64,000 nucleotides of DNA. It comes from Carcharhinus amblyrhynchos (lineage: Eukaryota). The stretch spans positions 98,084,001 through 98,148,000 of the forward strand of contig OZ336873.1 in NCBI GenBank assembly GCA_965287045.1, read 5' to 3'. A model generated the notes under the pieces. The model was given only the letters and a program-made list of their open reading frames with translations, was not told where the DNA came from and did not search any database. Of this stretch, positions 38,163-50,202 are shown piece by piece. Position 1 is the stretch's first letter; the number at the start of each line of letters is the position of its first letter. The translations under genes and the position numbers were made by a program.

Positions 38163-39264
38163 AAAGTTTTTAATTAAATTGTTAACCTATCTTCGCTCTT
38201 TTCAATGTTCATAAAACTTCTGATTTCAATTTAAATTGACTTTGAAGAAAGGTTGCTGTAAGGGCGAAAACAGGTACTAAGCAGATGCTGTGCTAATAAG
38301 ATATACCTGCTTGAAAATCTGATGCGAGTCTACAATTTTGGGTGTAATTGATGACTAACCATGATTTGAACAGACCTGGAGACACTGAAGCAGATTCCTG
38401 CTAGTTCAGCACGTGAGCATTGTTTGGAAGTAAATTTTGTGTAGTAATATTTCAAGATGGTCTCGATAACAGAGAGAAGCATATGCTCTTAGACATGGCA
38501 ATGGAGGTCCAAAGGAAGAAGAGATGATCTACATTAGCAAAAGCAGTGGTGAAATGAGCTCTCATACTCTCCTGTAGCAGCTGCTGATATTCTGCCTGGC
38601 TTCCTCTCCTATTATGTAGAGGTCAGCTAACAAAATAATCATGATCATGCATTGATCCTTCCTGCAACAGTTAAACAGTGAAAGTTAAACACTGCTTTAA
38701 GTAATGCTTCAAATCCTCAGCAAGAACTTATTTACTTCAGTTCATTGATGGCTGTTAGGACAGTAATATTTGAAGTGGTAGTCACCAAAATGGCATGCAG
38801 CCTTTTTAAAGAGCACTGGTAGGCAATTTCAATGTCAGTCTGAGCCTTAGTGATCCTTCAGGCAACTCTTCCTGGAGCGCACTTCAGCTTCTTTACCAAG
38901 ATGGTATTTTACGCTGAAGGCAGATTAAACCAGCATTGCAGCTCCAGACCCAATTTTGAACACCTCAAAAACTCTTTAAATATACGGGATAGATTTCTGC
39001 CTGCATAGACACATGAGACAATTTCAATTTCTGAGCCCCCTAACAACCTCAAATTGCTGTTAACGTTCTCTAGGTCCTCACAAGATTGCCCGCACTCCTC
39101 CCTCCAGCTCCAAACTCAGCTTATTCAGTGTCCAACTTCCAGTCTTCCCACAACCGGCAAGCTGCAGTGGATTATTTGCTTGGTGCCGTCCCTGCTTGCT
39201 TGAGGTGCTTTAATGAAGCCAGGCTTCAAAGTGACTCCAGTCTTGTGCCCCTTACCTATGTTAC

Positions 39265-40163
39265 TGATTTAGTCTCAAATATAGAGCACATGATAAAGAA
39301 GTGGCAGATGATGCAAAAATTAGCCATCTGGATGACAGTGAGGAGGAAAATTTCAGACCACAGGAAGAGGGTAATGCATTTTGGAAGTGCAAAATGGCAA
39401 GGGAGTACTGATCAGATGAGAGAATATTCAGTAGTCTTAACGAACAAAGGGACCTTGGAGTATAATAAACCTTTAAATGTAGCAAAGAGGTCAATAGGTG
39501 TTTTAAAAGACAATTGGCGCGCTTTCCTTCATCAGCCGAGGCATAGCGTAGGAAGCTTGTGTATATAAAAAAAGTTAGAATACCACTGGAGTATGATGCA
39601 TATTGCTGGTCACCAGGAAAAGTGTGGAAGGTGCCAAGGGGATTTAGGAGGTTGTTACCAGGAGTGAAAAATTTTAACAATGAGGAAAGATAGGATAGAT
39701 TGAAACTGATTCTCTTGAAAGAGAGGCGGCTAAGTGATGACTTAACTGGAGTGTATAAAGTTATGAGGAGCCTAAATAAATGGGGTGATCTACTTACTTT
39801 AGCGGGGGGGTAAGAATTGTTGGGTTGCAGATTTAAAGTAATTAGTAAAAGGATTAGAGAGGAGAGATGAGGAAATATATTTTCACCCAAAAGGGTGGTA
39901 GCAACTTGGATCTCACTGCCTGAAAACATGAGGCATAAATTCAAATTACATTGGAAAAGTACATCTATATGCACTTGAAGAGCCATCTCCTATTTTCACA
40001 GTAACTTCATTGCAGTTAATGTAAGCCTAGTTGTAGCACTAATAAATAAACTATAGAATGAGTGACCATGTGCAGAAGAGTTGGATTGGGTTGGGTAGCC
40101 TTCAGTCAACTGAAACAGACATTGTGGGCTCCAAAAAAACTTCCTGTGTCATAGATTTTCTAT
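39265..40163 (+). mobile_element. Old CR1 relic containing a solo type B SINE tail (39990-40053)
   Basis: GCAGATGATGCAAAAATT, GTAATGCATTTTGGAAG, TTTTCACCCAAAAGGGTGGTA. Confidence 0.7.
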
Positions 40164-43100
40164 GGTATATATAGAGTGAGATGCTTCTGGTAGTATTATT
40201 GTTTCATACGTTGCCATATTTCCGGCAATGAATAACAACAGTTATGGGTTCTCTAATTACAACAGTCACTGTAGTACTATAGAGACAAAGGTGCAGCGTG
40301 CAATAATGGTCCGATGCACATGCAGATGCTAAAGAGTAAATGTGTTACATGCATTAGATTGAAAATATCACTTTAAGCCAAAAATGTTTGGCACATTAAA
40401 AACTTTTTATGACCCATATTCATTTCAGATATAACATCCAATGTAAATGTAATAGAAACTATGCATTGTAACACTTTGGAACTTAGCCTCCAAGGATTTC
40501 TGGCTATCATTATTGGCCGACAGCCAGAACGTTTAAGTTGCAAACTTAATTTTTATGAACTATACATGCACAAGCTTGAAAAAAAAATCCCCAGTGCCTT
40601 CTGTGCTCTGAATTCACAATATATCCAGGTTGAATTCAGCACAAAGGAATAGTATAGTCACATTTAACTTAATTGCTATCCACCTGTCATTTTTGTGTTC
40701 TGGAGGCACAAATATTAATGTTGCTTTTAAATAGTGATTCTATTTACTGGCTATAGAACCAATAATTGTACTGGCAATGATCAAATTCCAAATATTTTCT
40801 TCTACAACTTTGTCTGGAGGGAGTACAGTCAGTGTCATCTAGTGACAAGTTATAGTCAACATCTAAATTGAGCTATCAAAAGATACAAGAAGATCTAATT
40901 AACCTAGGAAATTCCCAGATGAATGGAGGCTGGTAATGGTTTTGTAAGCACCTAATGAAGCTTTCATGAAACCTCTTGAAACCAGTGAACAGCTCTTAAT
41001 CACATTCATAGAACATGACTCAAGAGAGCTAGATCTTTCTCTTTCTTGCAATACTTTTCCCCTTAGACTTGGTTTAACCCAAAAGAAATAACATAAGCAA
41101 GAATGCAGCGTTCAAACAGGTTCTGTTGCTGTTGCAAGATTGTTTCGCTTTACAGTTAACAGATGGTACAATGCCCACATAATGTTATTTGCATAAAGGC
41201 TTATCATTCTGTTGATTTTTGTTTCATGTCTACTTGATTTGTAAGGTACAGAATGAGGGTTGCCATCCAACTGTTCCAAATCACTGAATCTTCATTGACC
41301 TTAGATGAAAAGTTAGATTCTCAACTTCAAAAAAAGATTCAAAATTAGATTACGGTAATTGCACAAAATTTGGTAGTTTTCTGATAAAGAATGGAGGACT
41401 AGAGGGAAAGAACAGGAAGAATAAGAGAAGTACAGGTGAGACCAATTACACAATCCATACAGAACATATATCTCCTGCAAGACAATTGCAAGGCTAAACT
41501 GACAGGTCCTTTGGAAACATTCCTCCTCCTTAATACTGAAGTTAAATGAGAAGTGACTGCAGTAGTGCATGTTAATAGCATCAAAAGTGGAATCAAAATG
41601 TCGGAAGGGCTTTGAGAAGTAACAGCTTAAAACTTTTCAAAAAACAATTTCTTGATTTTGTCTTCTGCTGATGAACCGATACAAATTTCAGAAAATGTAG
41701 GGTATAAAAAACATCTAATTTCTATTGCTGTTTGCTTAACACATAGAAAAGAATTATAGAAACTCTATTCTTTATCATATTTGGCAATTTGCATAGTGAA
41801 TAATTCCAACATAGTCAGTAGTAAACATGATTGCATCAATGTCATTTCACCTTAAAACAGTTGCATCATTATTTCAACAATTTACATTGTTTTACATTTC
41901 CCACCTGCAAGCTAATGACTGGAATCATCTGCCCTTGCCTGTGCAGTGTTTGATGCTGGGAGAGGGTATTTAATCATGTTGAAGGGTGGAACCCCACCAC
42001 CTTCCTGACCTAATGCTAATTGAGGCATTTGAGTGGTCAATTAATGCCCACTTAAGGGCCTCATCCTGCCACCCTGCCAACTTAGCAGCAGACTCACAAT
42101 GTGAAAAGCATGATAAGAAAACCCCCTGGTTGGCTATTTTCCTTCCCTTTGATCCTTGATCTATGGCCCCAGATAATAACTTGCTATTTGTCTGTCAAGT
42201 GCCTGAATAGCACATTATGAGATTTGCATTCAAAGGAAGAGGCAATGCAAGGCTCTTGTCAGCATTCTATATGGCAGCTGAGAGTTCTATTACCTCCATA
42301 AGACTCCAGCTGATGTCTCAGAATTACTTTGCTTGTCCTCTGTTGCCTGCAAAAGGAAAACACATTTGGACTGCATGATAGGGCAAAGGTACAGTCAAAG
42401 AGAAAGGTTCTCAATGCAAATGCAGTGGCCTTTAGTCAGGTGTGTAGTAGTTGAATAAACAGTTATTCCTGTTGAGCAGAGGGAGTAGAGGACGTTGGGT
42501 ATCCCAGTGTTAGAGGAATGGCATTCGTGTACAACAACTTGCATTTAAAAAGTAGGGATGGATGGCTGGATGGGATTACAAAATTAGTTCAATCCCCCTG
42601 AGCTAGGGTGCGCTGATGAAATTTCAAAAGGACAGGGGCAACAGGAACATGGGACTTCAAGTGCAAAGAACAAAGAACAACCCAGCACGGGAAACAGGCC
42701 CTTCGGCCCAACGAGCCCGCGCCGCCGCATCACCCTACACCTATTCTACCCAGTAAGCAAGGATGCAGACTGTACGGAGCTATAACATATGAACGGTTCA
42801 GGCATGTATTAAAAAAGTTAATATTTGTTGTGAAAAAAAACATGAAGTAAACTTGAGACAACACTATTGAAAAGATGACAGCAAAGATTTCAAGATGCTA
42901 GAAGGAAGTAGTGAGATACGGAGGAAACCAAGCTGCCTAATTTGGTTCATTATAGCTGCATTTTCAAATGAGTTACCAAATGCAATTTAGTCTTGACCTG
43001 CCCGGCATTCATCATTTCTGCATCTATTGCGAAGCTTAACCTCACTCTTACCTCCATGTCACTGCCCCGTTGGGGCCCATTACTTTTGCTCACTCTGTTC

Positions 43101-43480
43101 ATTCTCCTTGTTCTGGCTCTTATCACCACTTCCTTCAGTTCAAGGGACACAGATTTGAATGTGTATGGAGGACAATTTGTTTACCCTTAAATTGTCAGAT
43201 CTGGTTGTGCTACTTAAGGCATTATAGCAGATCCTGTTCTCTTGTCAAAAATACTTACTATATCTGGGTTATCCAGGATTACAACCCCAGGATTCTCTTC
43301 CTTGTGACAAATCATCTTCTTAATTCAGTTTCCTTGTCTCCTCTGCCATCACTCCAAGAATGAGTATGAGGAGTTCATAAACTTCTTTGTGACTCTTTAA
43401 AACCTACTGCTTGGAACAAGCTTTTAGTCATCTGCTTTGATACCTTCTAATGTGACTCAGTATAATTGTTTATTTGATTA

Positions 43481-43787
43481 TCATAGAATTATGGAATCCT
43501 TACAGTGCCGAAGGAGGCCATTCGGCCCATCAAGCCTACACCAAAAGCAATCCCACCCAGGCCCTACCCCGGTAACCCCACATTTTACCCCACTAATCCC
43601 CCTGACACTAAGGGGCAATTTAGCATGGCCAATCAACCTAACCAGCATATCTTTGGACTATGGGAGGAAACCGGACAACCCAGACACGAAGAGAACTTGC
43701 AAACTCAACACAGACTATCACTCAAGGCCGGAATTGAACGCGGGTTCCTGATGCTATGAGGCAGCAGTGCTAACTACTGTGCCACCC
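43481..43787 (-). mobile_element. HE1/V-SINE-like element, tail type A, inserted in an L2 3' tail
   Basis: TCATAGAATTATGGAATCCTTACAGTGCCGAAGGAGGCCATTCGGCCC...GCAGCAGTGCTAACTACTGTGCCACCC. Confidence 0.9.
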
Positions 43788-43864
43788 TTAATGGTCCTGT
43801 GAAGTGGCTTGGGATGTTTTATAATTGTGAACGCCACTATGTAAATGTAGGTTACATTGAATTA

Positions 43865-44168
43865 GGGCAGCACAGTAGTTAGCACTGCTGCTGCACAGTG
43901 CCAGGGACTCAGGTTTGATTCCCGGATTAGGTCATTGACTGTGTGGAGTCTGCACGTTCTCCCAATGTCCACCTGAGTTTCCTCTGGGTGTTCCAGTTTC
44001 CTCCCACAATCTGAAAGACGTACTGGTTAGATGCATTGGTCATGCTAAATTCTCCTTCAGTGTACCTGAACAGATGCCAGAGTGTGGTGATTAAGGGACT
44101 TTCACTGTAATTTTATTGCAGTGTTAATGTAAGCCTGCTTGTGACGCTAACAAATAAACTGAAACTAA
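43865..44168 (+). mobile_element. HE1/V-SINE-like element, tail type B
   Basis: GGGCAGCACAGTAGTTAGCACTGCTG...TGCAGTGTTAATGTAAGCC...CAAATAAACT. Confidence 0.88.
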
Positions 44169-45127
44169 ACAAGTTGTTTAGAATTTTGGCAACAATTAGA
44201 AATGCAGGTTAGAATTGGAACATGGGAAGACCTGCAATCTCACCACTATGCCAAACTGGCTTATTGAAGTCCATGATGTAGTGCACAGAGCATATTAAAG
44301 TAATAATAGCTGTGCACTGCAGCACAATCATTAAAAGAAAAATAATATTCACATTTGAGTGAAGAAATAGATTTCAAAGAACTAAAGCCACGTTTTGCTT
44401 CTATGTTTATAATTAATCCAGTGAATAATAAAAATGAAACTCACTCGATCTTTTGCAGTTGATAAAATATATATTGCTGCCAGGAAGAGTCAGGTTGAAG
44501 GTTCAATCCAGACCAATGATCCTTCATGATCAATGTACACAGCGGGAATAGAGTCCATCCAGAATTTTCATTGTTTGAACAAAAACCTACAGTTGTGTGA
44601 GAAGCATGGTTATTGCTTTGTATACAGCATTATATAAGCATTAAACTGATCAATTTTCACAATTTTTACAACCTTTTTGGATTCGGGACAGGAGTTGTAA
44701 ACTAAACAGTGCTCTTTGTACTCATAACAAAGATGATAATTATGGATGGTCCCTCACACAGTGTGGCTTTGTTCTATCTTTCTGTTAAGAATATGGTGAG
44801 TTTGAATTGGTTAATCCAAAACAAGTCTGGATTAGTTTCATATTCATGGTTGTGTTTTTTTTTCACATTTTACCCAGACTACACCAGGCTGTGTCCTTAT
44901 GGAACCATTCTGTAGATGGCATACATAAAAACACCTGGGAGCCTGAATGAAATGAGCAGCTGTGTTTTAATAACTTAGACAAAACACTAGAGACCACATG
45001 CTGCTGTAACAAAATATCTGAACATTTTGTTGTCAAATCTTTCAAATGATTTAGTATAAAACTACACTTTAGGATATTAATTCAAAAGATGCTCCACATA
45101 CTCTAGTGTAAAGCATGCATATTCTTA

Positions 45128-45292
45128 TCATAGAATCCCTACAGGGCAAAAGGAAGCCATTCAGCCCACTGAGTCTGCACTGACTCTCCAAACGAGCATC
45201 CCACCCAGGCCCACCACTCTCCACCCTAACCCCGTAACCCATGCATGTACCATGACTGATCCACCTCTAACCTACACATCTTTGGATACCAA
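45128..45292 (-). mobile_element. HE1/V-SINE-like 3' portion, split by a DNA transposon (resumes 46311-46325)
   Basis: CTACACATCTTTGGATAC[CAA] then the insertion, then [TAA]GGAGCAATTTA reconstructs GGACACTAAGGGGCAATTTA. Confidence 0.8.
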
Positions 45293-46310
45293 GGGGCTGA
45301 TTTTATCAAATGGACGTGAAAACTTGGTAAAATTGGGCGTGAGGCCATTAACATGATCTGCGCCCATGCCGTGTCCATGCGATACCCACTTTACCAAGGC
45401 CTGGAAATGGCTGCGAACCGAATCACGCCCAAAATGGGCGCAACACCGATTGAAATGCATTTGCATGTATTTAAATTGAATTAATGAGCTGTCCGCCCAA
45501 CTTTACCAGCACTTCCCTCTTTACCATCATGTTCGCGCATCCAGATTTGGCGCCAAACAGACATGCTCGGCGAAGGTCTGTTTCGGGTGCTCCAGCTTCT
45601 GAAGAGGTAAGTTCAGAGCTTCCAGTGGCTCTCTGACTCAGATCAGTGGTGGGGTAGGAGGGAGGCCCGATCATTCTCTGGTGAGGGAGGGATGCCCGGT
45701 CGTTGTCTAATGGTGGGGGGGGGGGGCGGGGGTGGCCAAGGGAGGCTGGATCATTCTCTGATGGGGGAGAGGCCAGATCATTCTCTGATGGGGGATGGGG
45801 GAGGCCTGATCATTCTCTGGTTGGGCCGGGAGGCCTGATCATTCTCTGGTTGGGGCGGGAGGCCTGATGGATCTCTAGTGCGGGGTGGGGGAGCCTTTGC
45901 TGCCACTCTGTGGGCGATCAGTGGGGGGAAGGGGGCAGGGGGTCACAATCAGTCTGGGTAGTGGGGGGGGGGTAACGGGGAAAGTTCTGTTATGGGGGTG
46001 GAGTGATATCTGTGGGGGCCATCGTTCCTGCTTTTCGCTCCTGGGCCGCTTTATCCACTTTTTGCGGCCTGGGAGCAATTTGACAGGGGCGCGTTTTTCA
46101 ATTTTTTTCTCAGTGGCCATGCACAGTTCAAAGCTCCAATCAGACCAGCAGCATTTCAGGTGCAATAAGCCCCGCCCACAGCGCAATTCAGATTCACGAT
46201 TTTTTTTTCCAGGCCGAGTGCATATGGGGGCGCCTGAGAGCAGATTTCCAAGTCAGATCTGAATTGCGCCCAGATTCAGCACTTAGAATCAAAATGGTAA
46301 AATCAGGCCC
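45293..46310. mobile_element. Non-autonomous PIF/Harbinger-type transposon (~1 kb)
   Basis: TIRs GGGGCTGATTTTATCA / TGGTAAAATCAGGCCC (14/16 match); 3-bp target CAA/TAA; CpG-rich interior with a minisatellite. Confidence 0.82.
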
Positions 46311-46499
46311 TAAGGAGCAATTTATAATCTATGTCAATATGAATGAGCAATGTACGTCATCCAGGAATGACTACAAAAAATCCTAAATATTTAATATTTC
46401 CAGACATTTTCAAAGTTTCTCATGCACCTCTTCCTACGTGACAAAATACCAAGTTAAACCTTCCATTTCTTCCTCTCCCATGCAGCCAAAGCTCTTGAA

Positions 46500-47400
46500 T
46501 GATTCAGACCAGGCAGAAAGTCAGACTGGTAATTGCAGACCCATTAATCTTAAATCCATGAAAAATAATGGAATTCTTTATCAAAAGTAAACTCAAAGAT
46601 CATTAATAAGGCACTGACTTAGCTAACAATTCTCAGAATGGTTTCAGAAGGTAAAGATCTTGCCTGACCACCTTCATCAGCAAATTTGGTAAGATGACAA
46701 CTAAAATGCACTATAGCTGACCCTATGACTTGGTGCACCTAGACTTCCAGAAGACTTTTGATTAAGTGAAAGGCTGTTAATTAAATATAAATCTGCAGGA
46801 ATTCAGGACAAACCCTCAGAGGAATAAGAAACTGGCAGAAGGGTAGAAAGCAACAAGTATTCATTAGATGAATTGTATAAGCGTTGGCAGATGAAGGGAT
46901 AATGGCTCAACAGGATATCTTGGGGCTCATTACTGGGATCATTATTGCTTTAATTTATATTGATAACCAAGATACTAAACTGAAAAGTGCAGAGGAAATG
47001 AGAGGAGGGAGTTCAGAAATACAATAAATACAAATTCAGACAAAATATAAAAGTTGTCAAATCAATGAGGAATGGAATTTATTGCAGATAAATATAAAAT
47101 GTTATACATAGGAAAGAACAAAAGAATGGCATGTATATTCCATGCAAGGTATTGATATTGATGAGGATTAAGTTGAAGAAAACCTGGAGTCTTAGTAAAT
47201 GCAACACCAAATCTGTCTGATTACTACAGGACAGCAATCAACAAAGCTAATAGGATGTTGAACTAGGTAACACTGGCATTGTATCAGCCACTGGTTATAT
47301 GCAGTTCGATTACTGCATCCTGTTTTGGTCCCCAGTGGAAACAGCAAAGTGGCACAAGATTGAATGAACCCCAATATCTAGGACTGTGTTTATAAGAACA
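46500..47400 (+). mobile_element. Ancient CR1 relic
   Basis: GGTAATTGCAGACCCATTAATCTTA, CTAGACTTCCAGAAGACTTTTGAT, ATGGAATTTATTGCAGATAAAT. Confidence 0.65.
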
Positions 47401-47420
47401 AAGGAAGTATCTGAGTGATT

Positions 47421-47546
47421 GTCTGGAATTTTACCACCTGCCCACCATGGGAATCAGAGCAAACAAGGGGTGGAACATGAAAAGATCCATTGATCTTGGG
47501 TGGGATTTTATGGTTTTGGGAAGAGCGAAGCCATAAAATCCCACCC
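47421..47546. mobile_element. ~130 bp MITE family copy
   Basis: GTCTGGAATTTTACC...GGGTGGGATTTTATGG...GCCATAAAATCCCACCC; colinear with 15834-15959. Confidence 0.6.
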
Positions 47547-47629
47547 ATTATCTGGATAGAAAAAATTAATCCAGAACATTATTGTGTTTTAAGTTAAGTT
47601 GTGGGAGTAATACAAAGGTACACATATGA

Positions 47630-47920
47630 AGATACAAGCATACAGATTAGGAACAGATGTAGGTCACTTGCCCCTCAAGGCTGCTTCACCATTCATGAGG
47701 ATGATGGCTGATCTCATTTTAACTGCAACTTCACATTCCTGCCTAACCCTAATAAATTTTCACCCCCTTGTTTTATTAAAGTTCTATCTACATCTACTTT
47801 AAAGATATTCAAAGACTCTACCTTAACTGCTTTTGAGGAAGACAATTCCAAATTGTCACAACCCTCAGAGGAATATATTTTCCTCATCTCTTCTTAAATC
47901 AGTGACCCATTATTTTTAAA
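47630..47920 (-). mobile_element. CR1 3' end fragment
   Basis: TTAGGAACAGATGTAGG...CACCATTCATGAGGATGATGGCTGATCTC. Confidence 0.65.
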
Positions 47921-48990
47921 CACTAGTTCAACTTAGTAAAAGGTAATTTTGGGAGTGATGTCAAGAAATTCCTCTTCACATAAACACACTTCAACATTTG
48001 GAATAAACTTCTAGATAGAGCTTTGGAAGCAAAAATCTTTGAATCATTTAGGAAAATATTGGAGGCCACGGTGATGAGGGCCAAGGATGGTGGTAGTTGG
48101 TGGTGGAATGTGGGGTGCACATAGTTCTCTGGATGGATTAATTCAGTTGGGCTGAATGGCTGTCATTATCTGTAAATGTGATCTTGTGAAGTTTTGCAAG
48201 CAGTACCATGAATTTTAAATTCCCCAGAGAGATCAGGAAACCTGTAAAATAATTTTTCTTTTTCACGTCTACTTTCTGTAGGTTGCCTCCAGGAAAGTAT
48301 TGAGCCAATTCAATAACAATGCTGTAGCAACAAGAGCATTTCATTTCTAATTTACCACAGTGAAACCTGGCCTTCCAGCCTCTATAATTAAACAATCACA
48401 TCTCCTAGGCAGGGATTTAGAGCCAGTAAGTTCTCAATGAATTTAATAAAAGTTCCACCTTCTGCGAATGCAGCAACGTCACTGGTTACAAGTGAAAAGG
48501 AGAGCCTAGAATTTCTATAATACAAAGGCTCCAAACATTGGCATTAAGCCATGAATCCAGCAAACTAAGTTCTGTTTAAATATACGTTTATCTGCCCTTA
48601 TTAAATTTTTGTCATAATTTTGGAAAAGGCTTTCACCAGCACTTTTATCCAATTGATTAATAAGTTGTAAATCAAACTGAGTTTGTTTAGTTAAAAGCTG
48701 ACACCGTGGCCAGCATTTTCACCATGACCAAATTCCTCTCTGTAACTGCAAAATGGTGCAAGGGCCAGAAAAGCAGAAGTCATGGCATCTACTATTTTAC
48801 TGGGGGTAGAAATGAGACTGGATCATGTTGCACAGAAACAGCTGTCCATATGAATTCTAATTTTTTTGATCCAAGTGTGTGAAACACAACATACAATGTT
48901 AAAACCTGGGAGGAGTTGGTCTGAACTTTGCGGAGTCATTTGGGCACATCAGTATCCCTTTGGATATGGTGCCAGGACACTTTTGAGGAA

Positions 48991-49072
48991 GTCAGGTGCC
49001 CCTGGGGAGAGGTCAGGTACCCCTGGGGAGAGGTCAGGTGCCCCTAGGGATAGGTCATGTGCCCCTTGGGAT
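48991..49072. repeat. 21-bp minisatellite, about 4 copies (GTCAGGTGCCCCTGGGGAGAG)
   Basis: Directly visible tandem units; probably internal to a decayed GC-rich transposon spanning ~48700-49960. Confidence 0.8.
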
Positions 49073-49982
49073 CGTTAAACAAATGTATGAATGTGCATAA
49101 ATTCATTTATTGTCAAAAGCAACTGTTAAAGCTGTCAAAATGAACTTGCAAAAGCAATTGTCAAGGCATTTAAACTTATGCCCTTTAAATCTTTAAAAAA
49201 TTGTCTTGAGAGTTTAAAAAGAAAACATTGCTTGTTATTTAGCTCTATCTGTTGACATAATCCTGAGAGCTACCATTACTGGATTAGTGCTACCATTCCT
49301 GAATTTGCACTGTATGGCTGACCACAACATTTCCTTATCACAGCAGGTGCCTGTCATTTCACAGTTTGATTTTCAGATACAAGTGGTTTTAGATTATTTG
49401 AAGTGGAACAGTGAACTCCAATGCTTGCAATGTTTTTATAACAGATTATGCATTTGAATTAAATGTTCTTCTAAAAGATTATGTAGTTGAAGGAATGTAA
49501 ATGTACTAAATGGGTTTTTATGAATACATGTTTTTTTCATATAAGAATACTTAGAACATTATGATAGTTGATCGCAACATGATTCCTATGATTCTGCCCG
49601 TGATGGGTTCTGTGTGAGTTGGCATAGTAGGTGTAAGGGAAAAGTGTAATGGGTGAGATGCACAGGTTGGCATGAGCTCTAAAGGACCATGGATGTGGGT
49701 AAAGGGGCAAGTGGTAACATAGGGTATGAAGGGTCATGGTGAATGGGCTGAGGGGTGTAGGTTGAGATGGAGGGTCATGAGAGGTGGACAGAGAGACTTC
49801 GGTTATCATGGAGGATATCAGAGGCCATGGGGGTGGACAGAGGAACACAGAATCATAGAACTGTTACAATGCCAAATGAGGCCATTTAACCTATAATGTC
49901 CACATTGAATCAACGTATGAGAGGCTTGGAAGGGGTCTTTCAGGTATGTGTATTCCCATGTTTCTGCCACCCTTGTTCATTT

Positions 49983-50202
49983 TGGGTGGCACAGTGACAC
50001 AGTGGTTAGCACTGCAGCCTCACAGCACTAGGAAGCCAGGTTCAGTTCTGGCCTCAGGTCACTGTCTGTGTGGAGTTTGCACATTCTGCCTGTGTCTGCG
50101 TGTAGGGTAAATACATGATGTTACACGGATAGGGCATGGGTTGAATTGTTAACAGTGCAGGCACGACGGACCGAATGGCCTCCTTCTGCGCTGTAGGGAT
50201 CC
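49983..50202 (+). mobile_element. HE1/V-SINE-like element, tail type A, internally deleted
   Basis: GGTGGCACAGTGACACAGTGGTTAGC...GGACCGAATGGCCTCCTTCTGCGCTGTAGGGAT. Confidence 0.85.

Noticed and set aside
39261-39986. 241-aa minus-strand ORF
   Set aside because: Antisense shadow of a decayed CR1; Leu/Ser-rich with no domain motifs.
45875-46262. Overlapping 103-aa and 125-aa ORFs
   Set aside because: Arise from the GC-rich, low-complexity interior of the non-autonomous transposon; no transposase motifs.
48991-49072. CRISPR-like array
   Set aside because: Contiguous tandem units with no unique spacers, in a vertebrate intron with no cas genes.
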